This document shows positions 46,930 through 62,749 of a DNA stretch of 64,000 bases, in pieces; position 1 is the stretch's first letter; every line of letters starts with the position of its first letter. The DNA is from the human T2T-CHM13v2.0 reference genome, Homo sapiens. A program made the position numbers and the translations under genes. The notes under the pieces were generated by a model, which saw nothing but the letters and a program-made list of their open reading frames with translations, searched no databases and was not told the DNA's origin. Location: NCBI RefSeq assembly GCF_009914755.1, contig NC_060934.1; one strand, given 5' to 3'.

Positions 46930-47685
46930 TAATGTATCACGCTGCGGTCTCACATGTAGATTCCATATTCCCTGAGTATGAGCTTTTCCTGCCTGCTTCT
47001 TCCTTACTGGCTGGAACTTGTCTGTGATAAGTGTCACCTCGTTCTGTTCTTCTTCCTTCATTTCTGGTTTTTCTTTTCATTCTTCAGTGTCCTCTGTTGG
47101 TTTGGGTCTCTATTTTTTGCTTCGCTATTATTTCATAAGCATTTCCTCTACGGTTCTTCAAAGTCTTACACTTCATTTAGTCATGTTAATGTTTTTTAAA
47201 AACTTTTAAACGTTTAAGCCAACAACTACTGGAAAAATGTGTAAAAGTCATCAATGTAGTAATTAAGTGCTCAGAAACAAGTAAAAGTCTTATAAACACT
47301 TTCATGAGCCTCATTATGTTGAAAATAGGTGTTGTAGAAATTTTAAACTTAATTTTAAGAAGATGAAATAAACAAATGCCTTGCGATATATGCAATTCCT
47401 CTAAAGAATTATTACCCACGTGTCAGCAGTTTGTAAATTAGCAGCCATGGTGGTCCCTGGATACTTGCATATTCATTGGTAAGGGTGATCACATGACCTC
47501 TTGTCTGAGCCTCAGTATATTTTTACATCTATAAAATAGAAATATTAATAGTACCTCCCTCAGAAGTGTGTTGTGGGGATTAAATAAGATAATGTGTATA
47601 AAAACTCTTAGCACTGTGATCAGTCAGTGTGCTCAATCAGCTAACTATTATTGTGTACGATATTTTACTCTTGTTTGGAATAAAA

Positions 47686-47803
47686 GTTTTCTTCCTTTCT
47701 TCCTTTCTTTTCTTTCTCTCTTTCTCTCTCCTTCTTTCTTTCTCTCTCTCCCTTCCTTCCTTCCTTCCTTCCTTCCTTCCTTCCTTCCTTCCTTCCTTCC
47801 TTC

Positions 47804-47879
<76 letters not shown>

Positions 47880-48145
47880 TCACTCTTGCTCTGTTACCAG
47901 GCTGGAGTGCAGTGGCACAATCATGGCTCACTATAGCTTTGAACTCCTGGACTCAAGTGATCCTCCTCCCTTGGCCTCCTGAGTAGCTGGAACTTCAGGC
48001 ATGCACCACCATATTTGGCTAAGTTTTAAAAAAATTTATGTAGAGACGAGGTCTCAGCATGTTTCCCAGGCTGGTCTCAAACTCCTGGGCTCAAGTGATC
48101 CTCTTACCTCACCTCCCAAAGTGTTGGGGTTACAGGTGTGAGCCA
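47686..48145 (-). mobile_element. AluJ with a (TTCC)n/(TTTC)n tail of about 190 nt (47686-47880)
   Basis: Compound tetranucleotide STR adjoining an antisense Alu. Confidence 0.92.
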
Positions 48146-48460
48146 AGAAAAATTGAAGAGATGTTTTAAAAAATGAGCTTCAAGTCACCATAAACCCTCT
48201 GCTCCAACTGCTCTGGAAAGTGCTGATGTCGTGACAGATGTGCTCCTTCTGGTGATATTGAAGGAAGCCGGAGAACTCAGGGCCTTTCTGGGGCCGTGTA
48301 ATGATGATGTCCCGCCAGCCACTCTTGCTGTTGAGCTGATTCTCTCTTCTCCCTTTGACCTCTAGAAATAAGAAGAAAAGATCAAACATAGAGGCAGGAA
48401 TGAGTTTCACTTCACAATCTCTATGCTTTATTTAGTTTTAAAGTTAAGATTTGCTTTATA

Positions 48461-48762
<302 letters not shown>

Positions 48763-48814
48763 AGGATTTGCTTTACATAGGTAAGAGCAAGCCACTTTCC
48801 ATTTGCTGCTTAGT

Positions 48815-49258
48815 CTTGGGGATTGGATAGTGTTCTCCCAAATTCACATTCACCTGGAACCTCAGGATGTGATCTTAGTAGGACATAAGGTGATTGCAGA
48901 TGTACTTAGTTAAGGATTCTGAGATGCAATCATCCTGTATTTTAGAATCATCCCTAAATCCAATGACTGGGATCCTTATAAGACAAGGAGAAAACACAGA
49001 GGGACACAGAGAGAAGGAGCTGTGAAGATGGAAGCAGAGATTGGAGTTACACTGACACACATCAAGGGGCACCCAAGGCCATCAGAAGCTGGAAGCGGCA
49101 AGAAAATAACCTACTCTAGAGCCTTCAGAGGGAGCAGGGTCCACCGACACTTTGATTTTGTACTCTGGCCTCTAGAACCGTGAGAGAATAAATCTCTTTT
49201 GTTATAAGCCACCCAGTTTGTAGTACTCTGTGATGGCAGCCCTGGGAAACTGATAGAG
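48815..49258 (+). mobile_element. MLT1C-like MaLR solo LTR
   Basis: GGAACCTCAGGATGTGA...CTAGAGCCTTCAGAGGGAGCA...GAGAGAATAAAT...GGAAACTGATA. Confidence 0.85.
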
Positions 49259-49339
49259 ACAGGAAAATACAACCTGTCTGCCCTTTATGGAAAGGGGAGA
49301 AGTAAGGAACACTCCTGCCCTCCTTCACTCTGTGTAGGT

Positions 49340-50680
<1,341 letters not shown>

Positions 50681-50813
50681 GAGCACGTTGCATTCTGCTG
50701 CATGATAAAAAGCACGTTTAAAATGCTTACGATTCTTTAGAGAAGTGCCGTCTTTTGGTATTAAGTGTTAATACTTGTAATGACACTGTTCTATTTGTCT
50801 CTTAAAAAGCTTA

Positions 50814-51123
<310 letters not shown>

Positions 51124-51814
51124 CTTATGCAAAATGCAAAATAAACTAATATGACTAATTGTGGACAATATAGACTCCACAATGAAAAATAGATCATTAG
51201 AATGAGGAGAAACATTAGCCTTAATCATCCAAACTCAACACAGGAATCATGAGGAGCAGGCACTGAATTTGACCTAGAAAACAAACAGGGTTTCCTGTTA
51301 ATGGAAGACAGTAACAAAAAGAACTTCTCAATGTTTGAAAAATATCCTTTCTCCTGGATGACAGCCAGGGTATGGTCCCAGGGCTGTTTGGTTCTTTCCT
51401 GATCAGCATAGGAAAAAAAGTATTCTTTCCTCTTTCTGCAAATCTACCCGGGTCCCTTTGTGGTTCCACAATCATTTGTCACTTGTTAATAAGCTCTTAT
51501 TAAGTGTTTCATCTGGAGGAAGCAAGTGAGTTAGTCCTCTTGCTCTCTGATGTAGGGATTCACGATTCTATCATAGAATTCTTCCAAGAGAAGGATTTCA
51601 CAAACAGAGGAGGAGGAAGGGCGTGTGTCTTTCCATCCACTCCCTCACCTCTCTGTGCTGTGGCACAGACTTGCAATTCCTTTTTTCATGCCACCTACTC
51701 ATCTTTTAATGCTGAGTTCAGGAGTTCAGGTCACTCTGTGACTGCGACACAGCCTTCACTCCATCCACCATTTAAATACCCAGAGGCAGGGTGGGGCATC
51801 TCCTCTGAGGTCCT

Positions 51815-52272
51815 AATTTCTTTCCTCCTTTCCTTTTTCCTTTTTCTTTTCCTTTCCTTTCTTTCCTTTCCCTCTTTCCTTCTCTCTCTCTTTTCTCTCT
51901 TTCTCTTTTCTTTCTCCCTTCCCTTCGCTTCCATTACCTTCCCTTCCCCCCCCCCCCCCTCTCTCTCTTCCTCCCTCCCTCTCTCTCTCTTTCTCAATTT
52001 CTCTCTTTCTTTCTTTCTTTCTTACAGGGTCTCACTCTGTCACCCAGGCTGGAGTGCAGTGGAGCGATCTCTGCCTGCAACCTCCACTGAGTTCAAGCGA
52101 TTCTCCTGCCTCAGCCTCCTGAGTAGCTGGAATTACAGCTACAAACCATCACATCTGGCTAATTTTTGTACTTGTAGTGGAGATGGAGTTTCACCATGTT
52201 GACCTCAAGCGATACGCCTGCCTCAGTTTCCCAAATTGCTGGGATTACAGGGGTGGGCCACTGCACTGGCTG
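51815..52272 (-). mobile_element. Alu with internal deletions and a CT-rich tail of about 200 nt
   Basis: Polypyrimidine low-complexity tract followed by an antisense Alu. Confidence 0.85.
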
Positions 52273-52463
52273 AGATTGTATTCATTTTCTCTACATGTGT
52301 CTATCCCCGGAACTTAATTCATTTCACAACTCTTTGTTTATCTGCATTTCTCTACTATCAGACACAAATGAGTTCCTTGGGACAGCAATCAGTGTTTGTC
52401 ATATTTGCAGAACCAGTACCTAACATCCACTGCTCCCAGAGCTCAAAAACAGTAATGCTGGGC

Positions 52464-53107
52464 TAGCCAGGCACAGTGGCTCACATCAGTCATCCCAGCA
52501 CTTTAGGAGGCCTAGGAAGGAGGATGGCTTAAGCCCAGGAGTTTGAAACCAGCCTGGGCAACATGGCCAGACTCCGTACAAAAACTGAAAAATGAGCTGG
52601 GCATGGCGGCAGGCGCTTGTAGTATCAGCTACTTGGGAGGCTGAGGCTGGAGCGTCACTTGAGCCCAGGAGTTTGAGGCTGCAGTGAACTATTATTAACG
52701 GTGGAGGGTGTCCAGGTTCTTGGCGTCTTAAACAAAGAATTGGACAAAATGCACAAACAAAGCAAGGAAGGAATGAAGGGTTTTATTGAAAATGAAAGCA
52801 TATTCCAGTGTGGGAGCAGGCTTGAGCATAGGGGCTCAGAGGCCCCTTTACAGAATTTTTGGGAGTTTAAATATCCCCTAGAGGACTCCATTGCTTACTT
52901 CAGGTATGTCCTATGTAAAACGGAGACGATGAAGTAAAATTACAAAGTCATTCACCTCGTACGCCCTATGGAGAGGTTATTTCCTGTTATAGCTGAAGTG
53001 TGAATCGGCCTTATGTTCCCTGCCTTCAGACCCTATTTTCCTGTGTCACTGTGATCGCAGCACTATGCTCCAGCCTGGGTGACAGAGTGAGACACTGTCT
53101 TTAAAAA
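52464..53107 (+). mobile_element. AluJ interrupted by an ERV1 LTR
   Basis: Alu stops at GCAGTGAACTAT and resumes at CTGTGATCGCAGCACT. Confidence 0.88.
52693..53048 (-). mobile_element. MER61-like ERV1 solo LTR
   Basis: Minus strand TGACACAGGAAAATAGGGTCTG...AAGACGCCAAGAACCTGGACACCCTCCACC; 4-bp TSD CTAT/CTGT. Confidence 0.8.
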
Positions 53108-53117
53108 CAGAAATTAA

Positions 53118-53671
<554 letters not shown>

Positions 53672-54309
53672 TCATGAACCTGTGGCAAAGAAGCATCGCC
53701 CTGAAAAAGAGGGAGAGGCAATTCAAACCTGTTTGGGGCGGTCAAGCAACTCTGCCTTCTGCCCCACAAGAGGCTCTGGATCTTCCCTGTATTTGGAGAG
53801 CTGGGGATGAGGGCAGAGAGAATGGGCTTCTCCATGTATTTGCCAGTCGGATGCATTACAGCGATTACAGACAAATTCAGTCAATGAGAGAGGCGCATCC
53901 TTGCAGTTATTTAGTTAGAGAACCAGTGTGTGATAATCTTTTCTACAGCAAGACACTGTTTTTCTGTAGGGTATTCATATTTATAAAGGGTATTTCTATC
54001 CATTATTTTATTGATCCTATTGGGATACAAAATGGTTAATTTAAAAAAAAATTTTATTGTGGAAAATTTCAAACAGACACAAAAATAGACCGCATACTAG
54101 ACTAGACCCCCCAAACCTAGCATCCTCCTTTAATAGTTATCAATATTTTGCCAAGCCTGTTTCATTTATCCTGTCTCTTCCTCCTTTTTATTTTTTGCTA
54201 GGATATTCTAAAGCAAGCCCTAGATAACATATGGTTTCCACAATGCTATTATCATCTCCAGCAATGTCATAATTCATTTCATCATATCATGTAATAAATA
54301 GTCGATTGT

Positions 54310-54460
54310 AGAAAAGATATCCTTACCCTATTTTCATTAACCCAGAAGAAAACAGAGGGTCAAAGACAAAAGCGATTTGCTCAAGGTCACATGGCTTCAG
54401 GAAACACACTGCCCTGGAGCTGGGCTCTTCTGACCACAAAGCCCAAGGTACTTTCCACTG
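54310..54460 (-). mobile_element. MIR
   Basis: GAAAACAGAGG...TTTGCTCAAGGTCACATGGCT. Confidence 0.65.
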
Positions 54461-55060
54461 TCACTCTGATGCTGGAGAAGCAGAAGAAATGGAGAGTAAA
54501 GTCAATGAGCCTTAGAGGCAAGATCCAGTTGGGGTGCTTCTCAGCAGGTAACTGAGCTGCAATCCTTTGTTCTTTGTGAGACTTGCTTAGATCTTTTTCC
54601 AGAACCAACCCAAACAGCATATTATAGACAGAACATACAAACCGGGCTGCCCATCCTCTCTGAAGCCATCTCATCCTGCATGCTAGGGCAACTTGAAACC
54701 TGTGGAGAGAAACAACAAGGGTGACAAGGCTACTCAGGAAGGAAATGAATCCATGACTTCAGGGACTCTCATCTGTTCAGTAATAGTGTGAAGTCCATTT
54801 CCTATGTCCCCTCACTTCCCAGAAGCCTGGTGAGGGCTGCCAGGGGGAAGGGAAACTGTCCAGAAGAGGTGAAGTAAGATCCATGTGCTAGCAAACATCC
54901 CCTGGAGAGAAAGGAGATGAGGCAGCCAATCTGAAGACCTCCCAGGTAACATTTCAGTTGATGATCAGATCCCATCTCCTGGCCAGCATCCCCAGCCCTG
55001 CCTGGTGTGGTCCGTCCCTGTCTACATGCTGGCTCTTTTTTGAACAAGACAGATGTTGGG

Positions 55061-55346
55061 GGCCGGGCATGGAGGCTCATGGCTGCAATCCCAGCACTTT
55101 GGGAGGCCGAGGTGGGTGGATCACTCGAGGTCAGGAGTTCAAGACCAGCCTGGTCAACATGGTGAAACCCCGTCTCTATTAAAAATACAAAAATTAGCTG
55201 GGTGTGGTGGTGGGTGCCTGTAATCCCAGCTACTCAGGAGGCTGAAGCAGGAGAATCACTTGAACCCAGGAGGCAGAGGTTGCAGGGCGCAGCACTGCAC
55301 TCCAGCCTGGACCCAGTCTCAAAAAAAAAAAAAAAAAAAAAAAAAA
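55061..55346 (+). mobile_element. AluS with right-arm deletions
   Basis: Perfect 15-bp TSD AAGACAGATGTTGGG. Confidence 0.93.
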
Positions 55347-55959
55347 GACAGATGTTGGGAGTCTTCTCCCAGACAGCTGATGTTCATTAAAATCGCAGAG
55401 AATGGGGATGGCCACCACATCCTGCAGCAAAAGAGATGCAGAAAGCATCCAGGAGAAGGACAAAAGGAAAGAAGGCACAGGATGGGGCAGAAAATAGGGC
55501 AAAGTAGCCAGAGACTGTGGGACTCCTCAGCAATGAGAGTGTTTATTTTCGTTATCCTGAGTCACCGGCTTCACAGTCTTGCCAGCTGTAAGGCTGCGTC
55601 ATTCCTGATGTTGACATGTAGCCCGGAGGCAGGAAACTTCAGAATAGAGGAAAGGTGGCTTTTAAATAACAACAACCACCAACAGTGGTATGCTAACCCA
55701 GTCATGGGATCAAGACTCATTCATTGGCAGGTTCTCGAGGCAAAGGATGTTTATTTCAGAGTCCTAGAAGGCCAAACTTACATTGATACCTCAAGTGGTT
55801 TAGTGTGGGATTGAGTAGTGTAGTTTTCATTTTTCATTAGGAAAAAGTCTATTATATATTTGCCATTTTAAAAGGTTTAGTGTTAGTGCTATTACTTTAT
55901 AATACACATATATACTTACATACATTCTTTGGTATGTATCAAATATATCAAAAAATTAT

Positions 55960-58900
55960 GTGCTGCTGGGAAGCTAAAGTAGCCATACTTTTCCCTATTC
56001 TTCCAAGTCCAGTTAAAAATCCTGGATACTACATATAAAACAAACGTAAGAAAAACCTAAAAGGTGGTAGAAAGTAGACAGGTTAGGGATTTCGGGATCC
56101 AAGGAATAACACAGTGATGAGCTCTCTGGGTTTTCTGTCAATCTCATATGTCCCAGACTTGGAGCTAAAGAACCTGGCAACCTGAAAATGCCAAAGGGCA
56201 CAGATAAAAATAAGAAAATTAAAATAAATAGGTGGGTGCAATGGCTTATGCCTGTAATCCCAGCACTTTAGGAGGCTGAGGTGGGAGGATCGCTTGAGGC
56301 CAGGAGTTCAAGACTAGCCTGGGTAACATAGCAAGACTCCTGTCTCTATTTAAAAGAATAAAAATAAATAAATATTAATAAATAAACCAACAAAAGTTTA
56401 CTCTCACTAGCCAAAGGACCAAGAAAGAGGCAGAAGCCCTTTAGACAATAACTACTTTTTGCTCCAGTCAAACACTTCAGGAAAGACTATGTTCCTACTG
56501 CCACCCATGTCCATGCTAGCAAAGATCAAATGGGAGGCCTGAATTTCCACCCCAACCCCCACCTGGAAGCAATGAGGTGCCCCTTCCACACACCACTGAG
56601 GAGACATCAAAGGAGGCCTAACGGAAAATCAGGACTGTCTCTTCAGCCCAGAGGTCACAAAGCCACCACCCTGTGGTATCAGTGGAGGTCACATGGAGAG
56701 GAATAATGAGGGGCTCTTACACCCTCCAGCCAGGGAGGAATCAGTGGAGGGCCAGTGAGGATCCCGGACTCTCCCACCCACCAGGTAATAATGAGGACTT
56801 CCCCCACCTTGGGTGTCAATGGGAGCTGAATGGGAAGTGTGGACTTCTTCTACCTGTCAATAATGAGGTGGCATCCTCCCCTTTCTCTGCCACAAGATGT
56901 CAGAGGAAGTCGTCTAACACAGAGGGTTAAGTAAGATTCAGAGACTCATCACATGGTACTCCTGAAAATCCAAGTTTCAACAGAAAGTCACTTGTCATAT
57001 CAAGAACCAGGAAGATAGCAAGCTGAATGAAAAAAAAATGGCAATCAACAATCTATAGATGCAACACCAAGAAGAGAGAAATGTTAGGATGATCCAACAA
57101 AGACTGTAAAGCAGCCATCATAAAAGTGCTTCAACGGGCAGTTACAAACACACTCAAAGCAAGTGAACAAATAGAAAGTCTAGCAAAGAAATACAAAATC
57201 TCAGCAAAGAAATAGAAGATATAAAGAAAAACCAAATGAAAAATGTTGCATGAAAAAATACAATAACCAAAATTAAAAAAAAATTCAATGGATGAGTTCA
57301 ATGGCAGAATGGAGGAGAAAAAGAACTGGTGAATTTGTAGACAGAGCAATAGAAACTATACAAGCTGAGCAAAAGAGAAAAAATTCACTGAAAAATATGA
57401 ACAGAGTCATAGAGACCTGTGGGACTACAGCAAAAGATCTAGCATCTGTATCATATCATGAGGGAAGGGCTGAAAATATACTTGAAGAAATAATGACTGA
57501 AAATGTCCTGAATTTGGCAAGAGACATAAAGTGACAGATAGAAGATGCTGAATGACTCCAAACAGGAAACATTCAAAGAAATGAACAAGTCACATCATAA
57601 TTAAACTTCTGAAAATTGAAGACAATGGAAAACTCTTGAAAGCAGTGAGAAAGAAATAACAGCTTACCTATAGGGGAAGACAATTGAATGATAGATTTCT
57701 CATAAGAAACCATCAAAGCCAGAAGAAAATGGCACATTTTTCAAATGTCGAAAGAGAATACTGGTCAACACAGGATCCTACATCCAGCAAAAATATTCGG
57801 GAATAAAAGGGAAATCAAGACAAATCAGATGAAGGAAAGTCAAGAGAATTTGTTACAAGCAGAGGTACTTGAAAAGAATGGCTGAAGGAAATGCTCTAAA
57901 CAGAAAGGCAATAATACAAGAAAGAATTTTAGAGCGGGGGAAGGAACAAAGAACATGGTAAGCAAAAATATGAGTTATTATATAGGTTTTCCTTCTCCTC
58001 TTGAGTTTTCTAAATTATTTTTGATGGTTGAAGCAAAAATTATAGTCGGCTGATTTGTTGGGTAGAGGAAATATTTAAGACAATTATACTTGCCAGGTGC
58101 AGTGGCTCATGTCTATAATCCCATTGCTTTGGGAAGCCAAGGCAGGAAAATCACTTGAGGCCAAGAGTTAAAGACCAGCCTGGGCAACATAGGAAGGCTC
58201 CTGTCTCTAGAAAAAAAAAGAAAAAAAAAAAAAAAGCTAGGGGTGGTGATGCACACACTTATAGTCCTAGCTCCTTAGGAGACTGAGGCGAGAGATTACT
58301 TGAGCCCAGGAGTTCGAGGCTACAGTGAGTTATGATTGTGCCACTGCATTCCAGCCTGAGTGACAGAGCAAAACTCTGTCTCTAGAGAAAAGCAAAACAA
58401 AATAAAACCAGACAACTGCAAAAAGAGAAGGTAAAAGGGGCGTCAAGGGAAGTTAGGATTCTACATTTCATTCAATCAGGTAAAATGATGACACTAGTAG
58501 ACTGGCAATTTATTTTATATAGATATAAATATATATAGAACATAATACCTAGAGCAACCACTTAAAACTATCAAAAGAGATATACCCAAAACACCATACA
58601 TAAATCAAAATCAAAATGGAATTCTAAAAAGTGTTGAAGGAACCCGTAAGAAGAAAGAAAAAAGAAAATAGATAAAGGAAAAACAGAGAACAAACAAAAA
58701 CCAAAAAATAAACCGGTAGTCTTAATTTTAATATACCAATAATTATATTAAATGCCCATGGTCTAAATACAGCAATTAAAATACAGAAATTGGCAGAGTG
58801 AATCAAAAAGCATGAACTAACTATATGTTGTTGATAAGAAACTTACTTCAATCATAAAGATATAGGCAGGTTTTAAAAGATATAAAAAGATATATCATGC

Positions 58901-59795
58901 AAATATTATTCAAGAGAAAGCAGGAGTGACTATATCAACTTCAGATAAAAAAGACTTCACAGCGAAGAAAATTATAATAAAAGGGTCAATCCACAAAGAA
59001 GACAGAGCAATCCTTCATGTATACACACAAAACAGCAGTGCTGCAAAACATGTGATATAATGGATAGAAGTGAAATGAAGGTAGATAAATCCATAAGAAT
59101 AGTTGGAGTCTTCAATACTCCTTCCTCAACAAGAAGCTCTTAACATAAGAGCTTAGATTAGTGACTTGAGACATTTCCTCTTTTAAAGGTAAAATTTAGA
59201 TCTAAACATTTCCCTCTCAGGAGTGCTTTAATTGTGTCCCACAAATTTTGAAACGTTATACTCACTTTGGATATTGCTCTGTTTTTCCACAGGCAAATGG
59301 TGAAAGAAACTGTGGTACATCCATACTATGGAATATTATTCAGCAACAAAAAGTACTGAACTCTTGACACTTGCAAAAACCTGGATGAATTTCCAGGGAA
59401 TTATGTTGAGTGAAAAAGCCAATCTTGAAAGGTTTCATGCTTTATAATTCCATTTATATAATGTTCCTGAAAAGGACAAAATTATAGAGATGAAGAACAA
59501 ATTAGTTGTTACCAGAGGCTAATGAGGGGGTGGCAGTGGAAGAGAAGTGGGCATGGCTATCAAAGTGCAACATGAAATTTTCATGTGGTGGTAAAAATGC
59601 TCTCTATCTCGATGGTATCAGTGTCAATATGCCAGCTATGACATTGTACTGTATCATAAGATATTCTACTATAGTTTTGCAAGATGTTTTTATCAGGGGA
59701 ATCTGGCTAGAGAGTATAGGGAATCTCTCTATCATTTTTTACAATCACATGTGAATCTAAAATTATCTCCAAATAACAAGTTTAATTTTTAAAAA
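55960..59795 (+). mobile_element. Ancient L1M: 5' region, degenerate ORF1, start of ORF2 and 3' end, with a FLAM (56230-56385) and an AluJ (58092-58410)
   Basis: ORF1-like coiled-coil and CATCATAATTAAACTTCTGAAA motifs, endonuclease-like GGTCTAAATACAGCAATTAAAA, 3' end CTGTGGTACATCCATACTATGGAATATTATTCAGC. Confidence 0.8.
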
Positions 59796-59799
59796 TATG

Positions 59800-59945
59800 C
59801 CATGCTCCTATAGTCCCAGGTACTGGGAGGCTGAGGCAGGAGGATCACTGGAGTCCAGGAGTTCCAAACTGTAGTGTGATATGATCATGCCTGTGAATAT
59901 CCACTGCACTCCAGCCTGGGCAACAAAGCAAGATCCTGTCTCTAA
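59800..59945 (+). mobile_element. Alu right monomer (FRAM/AluJ-like)
   Basis: Single right arm. Confidence 0.8.
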
Positions 59946-60450
59946 ACATATATATATTATATATTAATATATAAACATATATATATATGTTTATGTTACA
60001 TTTTCCAAAACAGATATATGTATCCACCTAATATACCCTATCTATTTACATTTATATTGGATGGATATATATGTATCCATATATGTTACATTTTCCAAAA
60101 CAGATATATTTATCCATCCAATATAAACATATGTGTATATATATATATTTATATTTATGTTGGGTGGATATATATATCCATATATATTATATTTTCCAAA
60201 CATATATATATATCCATCATATATATATCCATCATATATATATATCCATCATATATATATATATCCATCATATATATATATCCATCATATATATATATCC
60301 ATCATATATATATATCCATCATATATATATATCCATCATATATATATATTTATATTGGATGGGTATAAGCATATTGGAAGATGTATCTGTTTTGGAAAAT
60401 ATAATATATATGAACATATATCCAGCTAATATAAATGTAAATAGATAGAT
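59946..60450. repeat. AT-rich block of direct and inverted repeats containing a CCATCA(TA)n VNTR
   Basis: Eight CCATCA(TA)n units flanked by repeated ATTTTCCAAAACAGATATAT blocks and an inverted copy. Confidence 0.9.
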
Positions 60451-60457
60451 TTACACA

Positions 60458-60504
60458 GATAGATAGATAGATAGATAGATAGACAGACAGAGAGACAGAC
60501 AGAG

Positions 60505-60539
<35 letters not shown>

Positions 60540-60553
60540 CAGATAGATAGATA
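60458..60553. repeat. (GATA)n/(GACA)n compound STR
   Basis: Seen directly. Confidence 0.95.
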
Positions 60554-60864
60554 AAGGGGAAAATAAACCTCATGGGGTGCTGATATCTGAGATCCAGAGA
60601 TCCGTCCCTTTCTTCAGGCAGTCTTTTTAAGTGCCCAAGATAAACTATATGGATGCCAGCTTTATCACGGATGAATTATTCTGGTAGAATCAAAGGTATC
60701 CTGTAATAATCTAGTTGTTCTCAATCCTAGCTGCAATATTAGAATCACCAGAATTGGGGGAAAGGTTAAAGAATACTGACACCAAGGGCTTTATTCTCTC
60801 TTCCTCAATCAGAATATTAATTTATTTAGTCTGCTGTAAAGCCAAGTGTTAGTATCTTTAAAGT

Positions 60865-61520
60865 AATTTTAAAAATCAAATTTCAAAAATACACAGAGGT
60901 AAAGAGAAACATGTGATGAGCCCCCACGTAGCCACCCATCATTCAGCCTCAATCACTGTCAACATTTCTCCAATCCATTATGTTGCTTACTGCCCTCAGC
61001 TTTTTTGGTGGTGGTTGTTAGAGTTTTAGGATTTTAAAGCAAGTCTCAAACATGATTATAATTTTGACTCTAATACTTCAGTATGCGTCTCTAACAGATA
61101 AGGACTACGCCTGTGTGTGCATGTGTGTATATGCACGCATATAATGCTGTTATCACACCTAAAGAAATGAACAATAATTTCCTTTTTTTTTTTTTGAGAC
61201 AGAGTCTCGCTCTGTTGCCCAGGCTGGAGAATAATTTCTTAATAATATCTGATAACCCAACTGCAAGTTCAGATGTCCCTGACTGGCTCAAAAATGCCTT
61301 TTTACAATTGGATTGTTTGACTGATTGAGTTAGAACCATGATTCAAACAAGATCCACACATTTTATTTGGATGAGAGCCCTCTAAAGCTCTTTTAATCTG
61401 TGCCAGTCCCTTCTTGTATTTTTCCCATTCATTTGTGGAAGAAATCAGGTCATTTGTTTATAGAATATTCCATCTTCTAAACTTGCCTTACTGCTTCCAC
61501 GAGGCTGTTTAACTTGTTCT
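60865..61520 (-). mobile_element. L1MC/ME 3' end containing a tiny Alu (61182-61229)
   Basis: TTTTAAAGCAAGTCTCAAACATG...TACTTCAGTATGCGTCTCTAA. Confidence 0.65.
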
Positions 61521-62749
61521 TCAGCAGTGACATTTTAAAAGCTCCTCAAGTGACTCTAATATACACTCGTGGTTGAAATCTATTATCCTAATCCTAATCC
61601 AAGCCCACAGGTTAAAGCTCAGGAAGCAGAGATTTGGAGAGACAGAGAGACTTCCTCTCCATCACATAGCTAGTTTTTGATTGGATCCAGGTCTTCTAAC
61701 TTACAATCCAGTGGTTTCTCCCACTGTGCTTTGCCTTTGAAAGATGACTGCAGCCCATTCATTCATTCATTCATTGGTTCACTCACTCATTCATTCATTT
61801 GACACATATTTATTATGTGCCAGACCTTGGGACGAACACTTGGGAAACAGTAGGGAGGAAGATAGATGTATCTCTGCTTGTTTAAATCATAATTTTCCAA
61901 AACAGATTTCTAGTCTCTTTCTCTACAAAAGTACCCTAGACATTTAGGCATGTTGAACCAAGTTATTGCTCAGAATTTAATGTTCTGGTTTCAAAATGTA
62001 TTTTGCTAAATAAGATGGATTATTATTTAATACATTTTCTGTAAAAATCATTCTTAGTCATAGTGATGATAAGCTCCATGATGATTAAAGATGCTTCCAT
62101 TCTATATGACATACTAAGTAACAGGGTGACGAATTATGCTCCCAGGGAATCCAGCAATTGTGGATATGGGAGCAATTTCAGAGAGCCAAGGGAATCTTCC
62201 CTCAATAGGAGGTGAGTGAGGGTCTCCTGGGACTCTCACAGGCATGGCCTTCCTTTAGGGCCGAGAGTCAGGAAACCTGTTTAGATATTGCAAACCAGGG
62301 CCTGGCTCAGAAACCACAAAATAAGTGATACCTCCACCACTAGTAAAACTTCGCAGTGACTTTCTAGAGCCCACAGGACAGAGTCTAACCCCTTGGTATG
62401 ACAGGCCTTCCATGACCTGGTCTCTACCCTCCTTCCCTGGTCAACCTCCCAGGTACATTTCTCACTCCAGCTGTACTGAACTGAACTCTTCTGAGGTTCC
62501 AAGCCCATCTATTTCACTCATCCTCCAGGCTCTTCTCAGAATGGCTGGCAAACTCTTACTTCTTCAATAGTCAGCTCAATCATGTTCTTCTTTATAAAAC
62601 TATCCTTGATTTACTCAAGCAAAGTTGAGTCCTCTTCCTCTTGCCACGATGGTGCCAGAATTTCACCTTGCTTGCTGTGCGTGTTACACTGCAGTGCAGT
62701 GACTGCTTAAAGGTCTCTTCCTTTAAGACCACGCAGCAGCTACCATGTT

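Noticed and set aside
60200-60345. Regularly spaced short repeats resembling a CRISPR-like array
   Set aside because: The spacers are just variable (TA)n, not unique sequences; this is a eukaryotic VNTR.
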